From Camelus dromedarius (Eukaryota), in NCBI RefSeq assembly GCF_036321535.1, contig NC_087436.1, positions 46,874,001 through 46,938,000 on the forward strand: a DNA stretch of 64,000 nucleotides. The letters are read 5' to 3'. The notes below the pieces were generated by a model, which was not told the origin of the DNA, made no database searches, and worked only from the letters and a program-made list of their open reading frames with translations. Both the position numbers and the translations under genes were made by a program. This document shows positions 12,471 through 26,539 of the stretch, piece by piece (positions within the stretch are counted from its first letter, which is position 1; each line of letters starts with the position of its first letter).

Positions 12471-12665
12471 CGTGGTGGTAAAGACTGCTAGACATTGACC
12501 CCAAACCTCTTTCCTTTCCTTTCTGAAGGAAAACCACATTGGAGGAAAACCACTCACCACCCTGGGACACTCACCTTGGACAAGAAATTAACTCCTGTTG
12601 TGTTTAAACTATAATACAGTTTTTGGTTCTACTTGTTCAGCAGTTTAGCCCAACTTAACAAACAC
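12471..12665 (+). mobile_element. MLT1J-like LTR, internally deleted
   Basis: 5' 'gtggtggtaaagactgctag...ccccaaacctctttcctttcc'; 3' 'aagaaatttaactcctgttgtgtttaaac...ttgttcagcagtttagccc'. Confidence 0.55.
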
Positions 12666-15429
12666 CCACAGTCACATAATACGAACACACACTTACACTC
12701 ACAATTTAGACCCACCGCACAGTATCATACAGTATGTGACTCCAAGACTAACCGTCAACACACTACAATGGTAACTTCTATGGCTCCAAAATTATGCGAA
12801 CAATTTGAAAGGAGGCTTATAACGGTGCAAAAGCAATGTTTCCTTCGATAGAATTTAAGCATGATTAACAAGCTGAACACATTTTTAGAAGTTACATATG
12901 AATCAACTAAGCTTTCCTAATTTTGAAAGCTAGCTGGAACACAGATGATTCCCATGTAGGCCAGAATTGTTTTAATCTGCTTAGACTAAGCCAGTTTTGA
13001 CAATGGGAATGATATGAAATAGTCCTAAATAATTCTGAAATGCAATTCTGTAAGCGAGCATTAACACCAGTGCACACACAGACACACCAAGCCACGTGTT
13101 AATGAGAGAAAAAAGATACCACCTCTATTCTCACCATGAAAAATATCATTCTTTTAATACACTTAGCCCTGTTAAAGGAACCAAGTGAAGATAACTGAAA
13201 TGAATGCTTCCCGTGGTCCCACAACCCTCACATGTTAGAAGAGATGATATTAACCTAGTGTCCACTCAATTATAATAAGGCACTTTCGGGGAGACACTCA
13301 TTATATCTCCATGAGCCATGGAAGCAGTCCGGCTTAAATCCTGGAGGCTTCAATCCTGGCAGAAGAATGATCAGAAATGACTCTCATCTCTTCCTATTAG
13401 AGATCTAAGACTCAAATAATGCTCCAGCTTCATGAAGGTGGAGGAAAATGGAGGAAGGATGTTCATCTGCTGGAACTACATGGGACATTCTGAAAGATGC
13501 ACCATTCGTCATTCCCAGGAGTAAAACTGGGAAGGGGAAGAGAACTTTTGCCAATGTTAGTTTTCTAGAACATGCCTTGGGCATGGTCGGGGAGAAAGAC
13601 AGAGAAGGAAAAATCCACTGGTGAGCATTCCTGGCTGTAAGACAAGAATCGAATAAGCTGTTTAGCCTTTGGTTTCAGCGTTCCCAAACATCATAAAGAT
13701 TTCAGCTCTTGTAAAAGGGGAGCCAGTTGTTTACAAAAGACTATTCTGGAGGGAACGGGTGTGTCTCACGAGGCAAATATTTGCTCATAGGAGGTAATAA
13801 AATTGTATTAAGCTCTTACCCCACTGCTGTACGTGGCCATCAATGTGATTAGCTCACTCAAGTCTATTTTAAGATCCTGACAGGCACAAACATTAACAAG
13901 AACCTGGCATTTCTCCTTAAGAATATATAATCGACCTTTCAAGTCCATAATCTCGTTTATCAAAGCGGATGGCAGGGATTTATGCAGAATAGTTTGCACA
14001 CCTCTTTGATTTCAGCCCCCTGAGAACCCAAACATGCATCCCACCCAATCCTGTTTTATTTTCGCCATATCCTGTGCTGCTGAATGGGCCTCTTGTAAAA
14101 ATGCAATGTAATGCCTACCCCCTCCCCTCTCATTTTTTTCTGAAGTTCTAAACAAATCTTACATCAGTTTTGTAAAATGTGCAGTTCACTGACATTCCTC
14201 AGGCAGACTTTAAAGGTCACGGTTCTAAAGAGTTAGGGGAATCTGAATGGACAGGGATCCACATGGATGAAAGTAAGAAAGCAATTTAACTGATAGGTAA
14301 GCAAGTTGTACTTCAGAAAATGGTGGCTAGGGGTGGATGGGAGTATGCAGATCTGGAGTTTTCTTAATCGATCATCCTCTACTTGGGTTACATTTTTTTA
14401 AACAAAACCTACTGGCAAAAAAAAAAAAAAAAAAAAAATCCCTGACCAACAGTACTCATTCTTCATCACAGCAACAGTAAATTGGAGTGAGAGACCTGCA
14501 AGCTCCTCATGATGGACCAAAGGGACAGTGGAAGAGCCGGAAAATGAAGGAGGGTCAGGGCTTGGCCACCCCCACAGAGCTGAACCCAGCTATTAAAACT
14601 CACCTTAGCATTTTCAGTTCTGTGCTTTAATTGTGGAGCTCAGCCCCTTCTCATCTCAGAGTATCTCCGAGCACCATCAGGTGAAATAATTTTCTTTTCA
14701 TAAACAGTCATAAAGCAGTGTTTCTCATAAACGGCCATGCTTTAACTCTAAATGATCTTTCAAGTTAGCTGACGTGCTAACAAGAAACCAAACCACTCTT
14801 TGTAAGGGGCTGAACGGTGAGCACAATCCAAAGACACCGTGGAAGCTCTCTGCTCTGTTGCTACAAAACTAATAAATAGTGCAATAAACACAGAACACAT
14901 TCCAGAGAAAGCCTGAGCTCAGAGGTTAGATGCATGACTCAAAGCAGCAGGCTCCCAATATCAAGAGGAGTCGGAAGACTGGGGTGTGAGGCTAGGAAAG
15001 GGATTACATGTCATAAGAAAAAGGAAATTATGTTGATAATGATTCCTGGAGTCAATGCCAGCAACTTCAGCCAACTTGCCTGCAGCTTCATCAAAATGTG
15101 CCAGTGTAGGTCCAATGCTGTCAGGATTAAGAACATTCTTCACGCAGATCAAAGGAAGACCCTCAGAACACAGTTTTTCATTCAATACAAATATTGTCCC
15201 CCAAATATGAGCTCTCCAGACTGTTAGACTTAACACAGAATAGAACAATTTCCCAGGTTACTGTTATAATATGAAAATGGGGCTAATCCTTAATATTACC
15301 TGAGACTCATGCGTTCTTTCACTCACTGACTGTATTTGTTGGGCACTCACAGTGTGCACGGTATTTTGCTATTTCTGTGCAGAATCCAAAGATTGGGAGA
15401 CAGGATAAATAGCATCTAGCAACTAGAAA

Positions 15430-15610
15430 ATACAGGCTCTGATGGAATTCAGATCTTTGGCTGGTCATTTACTAGATGTGTTATTCAACCCTTCTAAGCC
15501 ACACCTGCCGCATACGGTCTCTGTAAAGATTAAACGGTTATGTGAGTGAAGCACTTGGCAGAGCCCCTGGCACACAGAAGTGCACACAGTCCATGCTAGC
15601 CATTATTTAA
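15430..15610 (+). mobile_element. MIR SINE
   Basis: 'caggctctga...tttactagatgtg...ctgtaaagattaaacg...gcacttggcagagcccctggcacacagaagtg'. Confidence 0.65.
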
Positions 15611-16254
15611 AACCAAGATTTCGAGAGTATGGGCAAAGTTTCTGAAGAAGGAAAAATGTTAGCGTATTCGTCCAGATCCTTAATACTCAACCCTATTCCC
15701 TCTTCACACGCACACAATACTCATAGAACTCTCGGGCTGTCTTCAAGTAAATATTCGCAATTAAGTTTATTTACACATTTGTGCTTAGAATGTTTTTTCT
15801 TAAACAGTCTGGGAAAGGAGCGAGCCGTGTGGGAGGTTGTGTGGGGCCCATTCTGACTGGCATTTGAGCCCCAACAAACACCATATTGTCTGCGCCGCAA
15901 AGAAACTGCCGCTGGCATCTCCAGGAGAGTGTTTACTTGCCTCTAAATTATGCCATTGTCCATGCGAGGAGAAAGTCAGTCAGCTATCAAGAGGCAAACA
16001 GGATGGGAAAATAGTTCTTTGTTACAGCAAGGGAGGGTTCTTACCCGCTCCTGGTGTCCTAAGGCAAACAGGAGCCCCGGTTTCTGTCCAGTTGTGAATT
16101 TTCTCGGCAAAGCCTGGGCTCCCAGAGCCAGGGCTCGGAGAGCTACCTGCAAAACCTTTTCCTGAAGTGACGGACTGGTCTTTTGCAACCAGTTAGCACC
16201 TGCTCTCAAAACTTGATTCCCTCCCTGATTTATTTCAAGTGGAGCCAGGGGATC

Positions 16255-16570
16255 AGGACTTAATTAGCAGCGATATATCTCATACTGATCGGTTCCATCC
16301 AGCTTCCCCCGGGGCCCAGATCTGTCTGGATTTGGAATTCCGGTGCTTGCTGGGCGGCGTGTCTGCAGTGATCCGGCAGATGCGTCCTGTGGGATGAGGG
16401 GCAGGAACCCACGTGGTGGCGGCCCGGCGGCCCAGGGCAGGCAGGAGGGGTGGGCAAGTCTCGGCAGCCCAGGCCCCCTCACTGGCCCGCGCTGCTCCCC
16501 CCGGAGCTGCCAGCCACCTGAGGGCCCCTGCCACAGAGGCTGCCTCGAGTGAGGGGGTGACGGGAGTGGA
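16255..16570. promoter_or_regulatory. Small GC/CpG-rich island-like element (candidate enhancer or alternative promoter)
   Basis: About 15 CpGs in 16340-16562 against a CpG-depleted background; E-box CACGTG at ~16410; not repeat-derived. Confidence 0.45.
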
Positions 16571-19500
16571 GTCACCTTCACTGGCTGGAGGAAGGTCCAT
16601 GGAGGCCTCAGCCCCTTGTGTTTGCAAATGGCCCGTGGGCTGCTGCAGAAGCCTTTCTTCTCCCAGAGGGGAAAACGCCTCCTGCTTTGTACTAGCTTGA
16701 AGCCAAAGTAACATGTTTTGGCAACCATGATTTGGCAATTAGGCCCTCAGCTCACTGAAAGCACTCTTCCATGCAAAATATGCCTCGGAAAGAAAACACA
16801 CCTGAGTGAAAATATAGGAAGTGAATAAAGGGGTGACAGAGCAGTGAGAGTCACAAAGGGGGAGAGTCTGGGGGCTGGGGGCTCGGGCACATTTGGCGGA
16901 GGCAAGGCAATGACTGGGTGTCTGGATGTTTCCGTGGCCCCCACTCCAGCTCTGGCCAGTCCAGGGAAGGCTAGAGGTAGCCGGTGGGACCCTGTATCTC
17001 TGCAGTGGGCTTGCCTTCCAGTGGCCCTCAGAGGAGCCCTTGAACAGGGCTTAAGGGAAGGCTAAACAGAGCAATGGAGCTGTGCCTGAGGTCATGGGGG
17101 CCCCAGTGGGGCAGGCACCCCTCCTTATCTCAGCCTCCCAAATGGTGTGCCCAGGGAGGGACCCAGCAAGGACACTCGCAGAGCTGAAGCATCCTCCACG
17201 GATGCCAGCTCTTTTCTCCTTTCAGCCTGGCATCACCCCATTTGAGGGGAGCATATGGCTGGAAAAGAGAGACTCCTCTTCCTACCATTGCAGGGCACCC
17301 ACACTCTTTGATAAAGAGAATGCAGCATATACTCCTTAACGGTACAATTTCACAGAAATAAAGGGAGTTTGTGCCACATGGCAGGTTGCTTCAGGTGAAC
17401 GTGTGGTCGTGTGCTGTGTGTAAACTCAGGTGTCACAAACACACGTGTTGCTACATGCTGATGTCTTCTCTCTTATCTGGAGCACCTTCTTTCTTCCCTT
17501 CCCCTGCCCAACTTCCCCAATTTTGGGGGGTGGCAAATTTAGTCAGGGCAAGATTTTGAAGGCAGGAAACCATGCCCAGCTGTCCCACACAAAAACACGA
17601 GTCCACAGGGAGCTAAACACAACTCAGGTGCAGAGGCAGCAGAGGGTGACAGGGTGAGGACCAGGATGCCTGGTCTTGCCTCCTTAACAACCCCAAAGTA
17701 CCATCTGAAATTACACCAAAAGAAGCGTAAATGGATTTCACTGGTGACTCTGATATCACTAGAGAGGTTATTTATTACCCTATCAACGTGCAGATATCCA
17801 GTGAACACTATTTGGTTTCATGTTACAACTGTAAGTTACTTTTCCCTCACTATTATTAGGTTAACTTTCTGATAATTTTTCTAATAATATTGAATTTTAG
17901 CATAGGAATTTGTTAATCTGGGGTTGCTTATGCATAACCATTGGACGAACCCATTTTTAGTTTAATCAGAGAACTCTGTCCATTTCTACATGACCTATTT
18001 CTGTATTATCATTCACTTGAGAAATATAATGTAGTCATTGAAATGGCATTTCTGTATTCAGCTCTCATAATATATATAGAGTGCTGGTATTTTAAAATTA
18101 AAGTATTATTAATGTTGGTTTGTATATTCAATTTAAAGTTTCTTGTGATCATAGATTAAGATTTTTAAATAAAGTATGAACAATATTCAGTGTGCCATCT
18201 TATAAATCTTATGCGAGCTATAATTTTGCATAGGTAATATCTTCACCCATCTTTAAGTGAATGAAATCCGAATACTATCAACTTCCTTCCATTTGTGTAT
18301 TATTCTTTTAACTCCCTTAAATATAGGGTGGCAAAGTAAACCAGAGCATGTTGACTTGGAAGAAAAGACTAGTCAGCCAGGCACTGGTCTTGCCAACTCT
18401 CTGTCCCTCTTCTTCTGGGCCCCCTGTGCTCTGTTTCAAGGCCCACAACTGGAAGAGTTATAGGAGCTTGGTGGTATGCCTGCACATTATGGCTTGCCTT
18501 TCTTTTGAAACTTTTTGAGAGAGTTTAGCCTGCAGCTGAGTTTGGATCCTGAAGAAAGTAAAATACATAACATTTTCCCTCTGGGAACTTATTAGGAAAA
18601 ATATTTATCTGCTGTTGAGGTCTCAAGGTTCTAAAAGGGTTAGTGTCTTTCAAAGGAGTCTATCAGGGCGCCATCCTTTCTTTTTTTTTTTTAACACCCC
18701 CCCCCCCCAATCCCTTCTTCAGGAAGCAACCCGCACTCACTTGTGAGGTGTACTCTCCTCACACAGGTGCAGTTGGCTCTTGGACGACAACATGTGTCTA
18801 CTGCCAGGAGTAATCAGAAGAACAGATGACAGGTCTAGGAATTCCCCACATGCATGTTTTAATATAAATCTCTTTGCTTTTAAAGATGGCAGCTAGATAT
18901 TATGGCAGAATGCTGCTCTGCCTTTGGAACTGATGGTATTCCTAGCCCAGGAGAAACAGAAGTAAGCCATTTTTGCCAATCTTTGAAAGGATCACGGGAG
19001 CAGAATAGATGGCACAGATTCCTCTCAGGATAATTTTTTCAATCAGTTAATCTTTGGAATGTCAAAAGCCTTGTAAATCCATATTGCACATTATAGGAGC
19101 TAAATAAATCATTGTTATCTGACAAGATGAATATTAGAGTCCGACAGACCTCATATATGTAGGTTCTAACCCAAGCTTTTGAGGTACCAGATTTCTGCAG
19201 AAGCATGAATCCCACTGTCTCACTGAATGACATTCTAGTGTATTCATCCTTAAGTCATTCAATCCACAGGTTTGAAGAAAAATGTCCTTAAGCTCATTCT
19301 CCTTATTAATTGGTGTAAAGGCAATCAGGAGGTGGGTTACCTAAGTGCAATGTATCTCTTTTCTAATAAGCTTGTGTGTGGGTTTCCTGTTAGAATTTTT
19401 CCCCTGCCCACATCTCACAACTAAGAACATTACTACAGTAACACACAGCATGGACGCCCCTTGTCTTTAGCATTCACCCTGCCTGCTACTTCTTCCTCGC

Positions 19501-19884
19501 CTGAAGTCACTATGCCTCGGGATGACACTGTCGAACCCTTTGCTAATGAGGTATTATAGTTTCTATTAGGTTGGTGAAAGGCTGCAGAAATTTTAAAAAT
19601 TAAGCTAAAGAAGGAAATGAAGGGTGAATGCCAGGCACACCCAGTGAGGCGCGGTGGGGAGGTAGGCAGTCTTCGCCACTGTGTAAAACTGTCTGAAATG
19701 CAGTCAAGCAGGATCTCAGCAAAAGAAGAATCTGACTCAGGAAAGTGCCTTATTAGAACAGCGATGGCACTGAACTCTCAAGACTGGGAACTGAATTCTG
19801 CATAGGAAGAGCTCCCGGAACAACATACGCATTAGTGTAGAACTCTGGAAAAATTCTAACAACTCTGCTCTGCCCCGGGAGAAG

Positions 19885-20035
19885 CAGATTTTGCTGACCT
19901 TCAGGCAAATCACTTAACCTCTGTGGTTTTGTGTCTGAATCTGTAACGAATAATCATCCTGTAACCCCTCCCAGAGGCTTGAGAACGACAAGTGAGCGGT
20001 CGTTTAAGGGCCTGCAGCGCCTCAGACAGAGCTTC
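19885..20035 (+). mobile_element. Ancient MIR-family SINE fragment
   Basis: 'gctgaccttcaggcaaatcacttaacctctgtgg...atctgtaa'. Confidence 0.55.
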
Positions 20036-20989
20036 AGCATGGGGTCATCTGCTTGATTGGGAGGTGAGATTATGATTTCTTTGGCGGGAATTCATATGTA
20101 TGAAAAACCAAAACTACACACCAGTGTTGTTTTTATTTCGAAGAGGCTGGTGCGAATAGTATGCTAGAGGAATATTTTATACTCTTTAGTCACTGAAAAT
20201 AAACTTCTTCTATAGCAATCCCGCCGTGTCCCTGCGCGCTGCCCAAGCTGGTCAGAGCCGGGTGGGCTTCAGCTCCTAAAAGCAAGGGCTTGTCTATGTC
20301 TGTATGTGGGAACAGCAGTATTTTAATTCCCTGCACAGAGTTTGAGAGTTGTCTCCTTTATTTCCTGTTGACTCAGCTATCTTCTTCCCACATTTTGGGG
20401 TTTGTGGTAAATGAAGAATTTGTATTTGGCCACTGGAAACAAGGCCTTTGAATAAGCTGAGAATCATATGGAGCCTGTGATTTTTCTAAATGATCTGCAA
20501 TTCTCCTTTGCTCATAGATTCATCAATATTAATAAGAATTATGTATGCATTTGCTAAAAGTGGGACCTCAGTGATAGGAGAAAGCTTAACCAAACACTAT
20601 ATAAAACCCAGTTTTAAGATCCCTTACTTCCTTGAAATTCTTTCAAAAACAAATCAGCCCTTGTGAAGGATGCACAAAGCCTTGTTTTGTTTCTACAACT
20701 TTTCTCTCTTGACAGGCACTAGGACTCCACCAAGGAAAAATTAATTAAATTCATGAAGATAAAAATAGAAGTGGTCTATGCAAATCCAAGTGCATACTGC
20801 AAAAGGACTTGATGTACATTTGACCCAATTCATTTAATAATTTGGAAGGATTTTACAAATACCTTTCTATTTCTCTTTTCTTATTCCTTTGCAGTTACAA
20901 AAAAATCTTTAAAATTATGTAAATGTTTACAATTTTCATTTTAAACATCCTGAATTTGAAAGAATTAACTCATTTTAATCATTGGTCAT

Positions 20990-21066
20990 TTTAAAAACCA
21001 TTTTAACCACTTCTAAGTGTACAGTTCCGTGTTGTGCAACCATCATCACCATCCATTTCCAAAATG
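20990..21066 (-). mobile_element. L1MB 3' fragment
   Basis: 'ccattttaaccacttctaagtgtacagttc...gttgtgcaaccatcatcaccatccatttccaaaa'. Confidence 0.7.
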
Positions 21067-24000
21067 CCGTTTTCTTTTAAACGTCAAAATTAAAACTATA
21101 ATCCAAAAACATTATTCTCACTCCCAGTACAAGACTGGAATTACTGGATCTCAGTATAAGATTAGGAGGCTGGTTGGGGGCTGGGTCTAGCTTGGGGTGC
21201 CTGGAGTTTAGGCCCTGCTGGCGGAGGGCCATTCTGAGCAGAAAGAAGAGGCAGACACTTGAGCAGACACAGCCAAATCTCTGCCGAACAGACAGGTAGG
21301 GTGGGTTAAGTCTCAGAGACACAGCAGACTGTGATGGGAGGATAAATGGTGAAACCAGTGGCGAAAATCTCTAGGAAGACAGACAACAAGGTTCAAGGTG
21401 CAGCAGGATGGGGAAGTTGTGAAGGCAGATCTTCAGTGAGTAAGCGTCCAGGAGTCCTTTCAGTGTTCCTTCCTTGTGGAGCGGCAGAACAAAGGTATCT
21501 CTTAAGGGAATGTTTCCTAATCTATTTTTCTTCTTCACTCTTTTGACTCCCATTTCCCCCCATGTTTAGTAAGGAAGGCATTAACTCCAATTTGCACCGA
21601 GTCTAAACTTCATCATTGTAAAGCGTTCTGAAGCAGAGCATCTGGGGTTGGGAGAGCTGGCTGCTCAGTCCTACTAATGAAGGTAGTACCCTTCTTTCTT
21701 CCTCCCACCACCACTCCCCACTGCATTCAACTTATCTTTTTGCTCTTGTTATTGGACATTAGAGCTTCATGGTTGCTGTTAGTGTTTGATGGCTGGAAAA
21801 GGGGGACAGGAGTTTCTGTGAGGGCTTGGCCAGAGGATTTTGAAGGGGATGGTGTAGTATTCATTCCTGATCTTCTCTATGAAGTCTTCTTTCACGAAAG
21901 AGGATAACGGGGAGCTTGCAAAACTGGGAGGCCATAGGCTTTGGAGCTCAGTGATCAAATGTGGCCCAGAATCATGGAGATATCCATTCTCTCTACCTTT
22001 GTGCAGGAGCTGGCATTACTCTGATGACCTAGAGATGGAAAGTTAAATGGCTTTGTTATGGGCACTGCCATTCACATCATGGGCAGCGGCCATAGCAGCG
22101 AGCTTCAAAATGGCTTCAGGGCCAACAGACGTGGGCACTTTGGACCCAAAGGCAGAGGAGAGTGGAGTAGGTATTATGTGATAATATCTGACAGCCTGAT
22201 TCACGGGCACAAATAAGGCATCTCCTAGGGATTTCCATAAGTAACCTATGGATAGTTTTAGGGAGGGATAGAAACCTACTATCACAGAGATAAAGGCTTT
22301 GCACTAATTAACATCAAATTACTCCAAAAATTATATTATTTATTCCTAAATTTTCTCTGCCAAATAGCAAATCCACTAGTTATTGTCTAAAATATGAAAC
22401 AGTATTCTATGGGATAATAATGTCTCAACAAACGTACTGAGATACTTCCAGTCAGACGTATCTTGTAAAGATATATCTGCAAGCCAAAGATATAAGACAC
22501 TGTATTATTTGAAAGGGATGAAGACGCTGCAAAATTTCAATTCAGTGCAGGACCCACAAAAGTTCATTCATTCGACTGAGTAACATAGTCTGAGTTTCAA
22601 TCATGAGCCAGGTTCTGGGGGTAAAATTATGAAGCAAGGTCTGTCCTTTCCACTCGGAGACACAGATTGCAGAATGATCTATGCGAGACACAAGCTGAAT
22701 GTAGGGCCACAGGGGAGGAAACCTGGAGAAAACCTGAGCACTGGAGAACCAGGCAGAGGAGGAGTCCCCACAAGGAGACATAAGCATCCGGATAGGAGTG
22801 TCCCTCACACCCTGGCTCCAGTTCCCTCTGCACCTCATTGTTGTCTTCCATGCACATGGAGGGAACTGAGGCACCCAGACATTACCAGGGCTCCCCTCTA
22901 CGTAAATATGGCATTTTTTTCTTGACCATGGCCACTCCATGCTACCAGGACCACTGTCCCAGGAGCAGCCTTCTTTCAGAATCCCAGTTGAGAAGGTTTA
23001 TGTAAACTCTCTCCTCTCCGGGACTCCCAAATCTCCCCAGGAGCTCTCCTCCATTCTTCCTCCCTCACCCTCCGCCCCTGCCCGACTCAGCCCTCAGCCA
23101 TACCCCTGTCTCACTCCCTGCCGTCCTCTGCCCTCTCATCAGGTCCTCTTGTCACCCAGCCCAGGGCAGGTTTCTGTTTTGTTTTGTTGGCTTCATCATG
23201 TTGCCCTCTGGGGTGACAGGAAACCACCAAACATCAGAGAGTACCATTCATCCTCCCCACTCCATGCTTATGTCTGTCAACTATGCTCTAGTTCTCCATC
23301 TTGTTTCCTTGGAACCCCAAATCCTCTCTTCTCTCAACAAAGCCTGGCTCTTGCAAATGAAAATCTTGGCTTTCACATCTATTTTCCCTGAAATGAGCTT
23401 CAAGAGCCTATTTTGGAGAAGCTGAACACTGACTCCTTTGTTCCTGGAGGGTTACTACTGCCTTCCCCTTGAAGGAAAGGACACCCCCGGCTTTGATGGG
23501 TGGCAACAGGAACTACTGGGAAGGAAAAATACATCCAATAATGTTTTTAAATATGGTCCCGTTACAGAAGAACGTCAGGCAGCAGCTGAGGTTGGAAACC
23601 CTGAATTTGGAGCAACGCTACTCTCACAGTCTCATGATTTTCTCTAGCAACACGCAGAATATTGTTGGACAGATCCAGGCTGAGGTGCTGAAGGGCAAGT
23701 TCTTTGAAAAGACAGGAGACAAATGAGTTGAGACTATTGACAAGACAGTGATTGCTGCATAATGGAAAAGGTAAAGTCAGAAAGGGGCTGGAGGAAATGT
23801 CAGGGTCAAGGGGCTAGATGTTTTGTAACTCTGAAGATAAGTTGACTAGGAAGTAACTGAGTGCAGCAAGTGATATCCTTGATCTTAGAGATTTTAGAAA
23901 TCAAACAGCTTGCAGAAGTTCAACTCAAATGGGGACATGCCCAAGTGCGTGGAGAAACATGTTGCCACTTTCCAAATCAGGTTATGAACACTAGACGTCA

Positions 24001-24279
24001 CCCAAATCTAGTGCATTAATCCTTTTGCATTTCCATTACCATTCCTTTGTGAACTAGCCTGGATGGTTCCGCCAGAAGGAAAGGCCGTACCCCAGGCTCC
24101 CAGTCCCCAGCCTTCTCACCGCTCCCCACCCACCGGGCTGCCCTGTCCTCACTCAGGGAGGGCTCTTGATGACAAAGCCGGGAAGAGTAAAACATTGGCA
24201 ACACTGATGTCAGCCCTTGAGGGTCTTACATGCCACATCTTCACTGCTTTCCTTTAGAAAAGCAGTTGAAAGATACAAG

Positions 24280-25830
24280 TAATAATATTTATAAAGCATC
24301 TTCTAATTTACAAAATTATTTTATTTATCTATTTTACCTACCCCAAGTCATTATTATACCTAATTTACAGATGAGGGAAATGGTGGCCTCAGGAGGTTAA
24401 GTCCAAGTTCACAAAGCTACTTCACCCTCTCCGTCCCCCACACCTGGCCCAGGTACAGTCTCCTTCTCTGATTTGGGCACCCCATCCCCACAGTTTATCT
24501 TGTCCCTGAGCTACCCCTTGACCTGCATACACTCTATACATCGCTCTTTCTGTTTGACTGAAGGCACTCTACTATGATGTAATAACTCACTACCTGCCAG
24601 GGTGTGCACTGTTATTAGGCCCTCACAGAGGGTCCAGCACCTCGTACGGAGCTCCTGACAAGCCCTCATGAGTGGTTCTCCAGTGAAGACGTGGACATCC
24701 TTGGAAAGGACAGTCAAGAGCACCTGGGACTCTCCAGTGCTTCCCCAGGGTCATCTGCTGACAAGCCTCAAGCAGTTAGGAGTTTTCCAGTCTGTAGGCA
24801 CAGTAGCTGATTTGTGAAGAGGGAAGGCCCGCGGGCTTGGATTGACGGCCTGGTACCCTGCAGGTAATACTCTAGGGAGACTGACACTTAGCAAATGGAA
24901 GTTTCATAGGCAGATAATCTCTCCTGGGCCTTTGGGTTTGAGGAAGAAAAAGGCAGGAAGGGAACAGAATTTTTACAGCCTTGTATATAAAGATCTTCTT
25001 GTAACAGCAAACTTCAAAGGGAGAGAGACCATCGCTCCTTTCCAAGGAGTTTCATTAATTATCACAGCATCTTTGCAAGGGAACCACATTGGAAGGAATA
25101 TTTCTCAAATGAGGAAACTGAGTGTGAAATGGCTTGATTACCGGCAAACCAGGAAAAATACAACCCAGTGTATTTCCAGACTCCTCTTCTAAAGTGCTAG
25201 CAACCTCCACCAGGCCATTTAGCCACTCATTAAAGAAACATTCATGGAGACCCTGCTTCATGCCGGGCACCGTGCCAGGAGCCAGGAAATACAGTTCTTG
25301 ACCTAGAGGATTTCATACATCACCTGATCACCAGTGAAGTTTGCAAATAATCCAAACAGGCAAATAAATATCTGTGACACGATGTGCTGAGTGCAAGAAT
25401 AGAAGTATGAACAAAAGAGCAAAGGGATCACAGAAAGGAGAGTGAGTATTTTTCCTGGGAAGATTAAAAAAGACTTTAACTGAAATCTTTAGTTCATCAC
25501 AAGGTTTTGAGAGCTGGCATTAGCAAAGTTCTGGTTAATACCTTAAATGAGGTTGTTAAGCGAGGACAAGCTCCCTCCACAGAACTAGGTTTTCATAATC
25601 TTACAGATTAGTTATCCACAGCCCCACCCCCAACCAGCATTTGAAATGAAGTATGTGGAGCGTTGTCATAATCCCTAATATTTATTCAGCACTCACCATT
25701 TAACATGCTAATGTTGATACATGAATTATCTCATCTATTTCTCATGACAAAACCTGTAAGTAAAGAAATATTTGCATCCCCATTTTACAGATGCAGAGGG
25801 CTTAAGAACTTTGCCAGGAGTTCACGCTGC
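24280..25830 (-). mobile_element. Cluster of MIR (24280-24420, 25055-25200, 25680-25830) and L2 (25215-25490) fragments
   Basis: MIR cores 'tttacagatgaggga', 'aaatgaggaaactgag', 'cccattttacagatg'; L2 'cactcattaaagaaacattcatggagaccctgc...ccgggcaccgtgccagg'. Confidence 0.65.
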
Positions 25831-26539
25831 TATTTTGAGAACAGTCTTTGCCTGAATTAATGAGGGTGATTAGTTGTTTTGGTCACATGTATACTGAGTT
25901 ACACAAATTAGCATTCATTTTTGTGGCTCAGAATTAACAGCATTCATTTAATTAAATAAGGATAACATTGATCTTTCACGTAAATTTTTTCTCTCTCTCA
26001 GTGACACGTCAGCTACCCCTCCCTCCCAAAACCCTCTGAATAGAAACGTGAATAAAATTAACCACTTGCCTGTCATTTTTGTGGGCTACATAGTTGAGCT
26101 GGTGGACAGTGGTCCCACAGGTTCAGAACACCTTTCATCTAAGCATTAATGGTGAGTTGTACTTAAAGATGCAGCGTTTTTTTAAGCTTCAGCTCAAAAT
26201 ATCCTTGACTGGGGTGTGCTAAACCAAAACACCTAATTAGAGATGACTTAAAGCAATACCTTTCTTTGTTACTTATTATCCTCATAACCACGAAAATCCA
26301 GAGGTTTTACCTGTACCGCAGAAACCTCACTTCTGAGGACATGATCATCACTCTGCAGACTTTTAGCCTCCTCAAGGCAGAGAGTGGGAACTGTAGGACT
26401 CACCTCCACTATTCCCCTCATGGAAAAGTCCTGATTACCTCTTTCTTCCAGCAGAGCTAAGTAGAATCCCCATAACAGAGATCCATTTAAAGGACAGTGA
26501 CTTGCCAATGAATTAATTATTCAATATAGTTGTCAGGAT

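Noticed and set aside
16264..16738. Several 70-154-aa ORFs
   Set aside because: Low-complexity Pro/Ala/Gly/Arg composition on both strands, as expected from stop-codon scarcity in GC-rich DNA.
17737..17805. Imperfect ~70-nt hairpin (TTCACTGG...CCAGTGAA) as a possible pre-miRNA
   Set aside because: Only the outer 8 bp pair cleanly; no known miRNA recognised.
23469..23726. 85-aa ORF with protein-like composition (KNVRQQLRLETLNLEQRY...)
   Set aside because: No family recognised, non-ATG start and no convincing splice sites.
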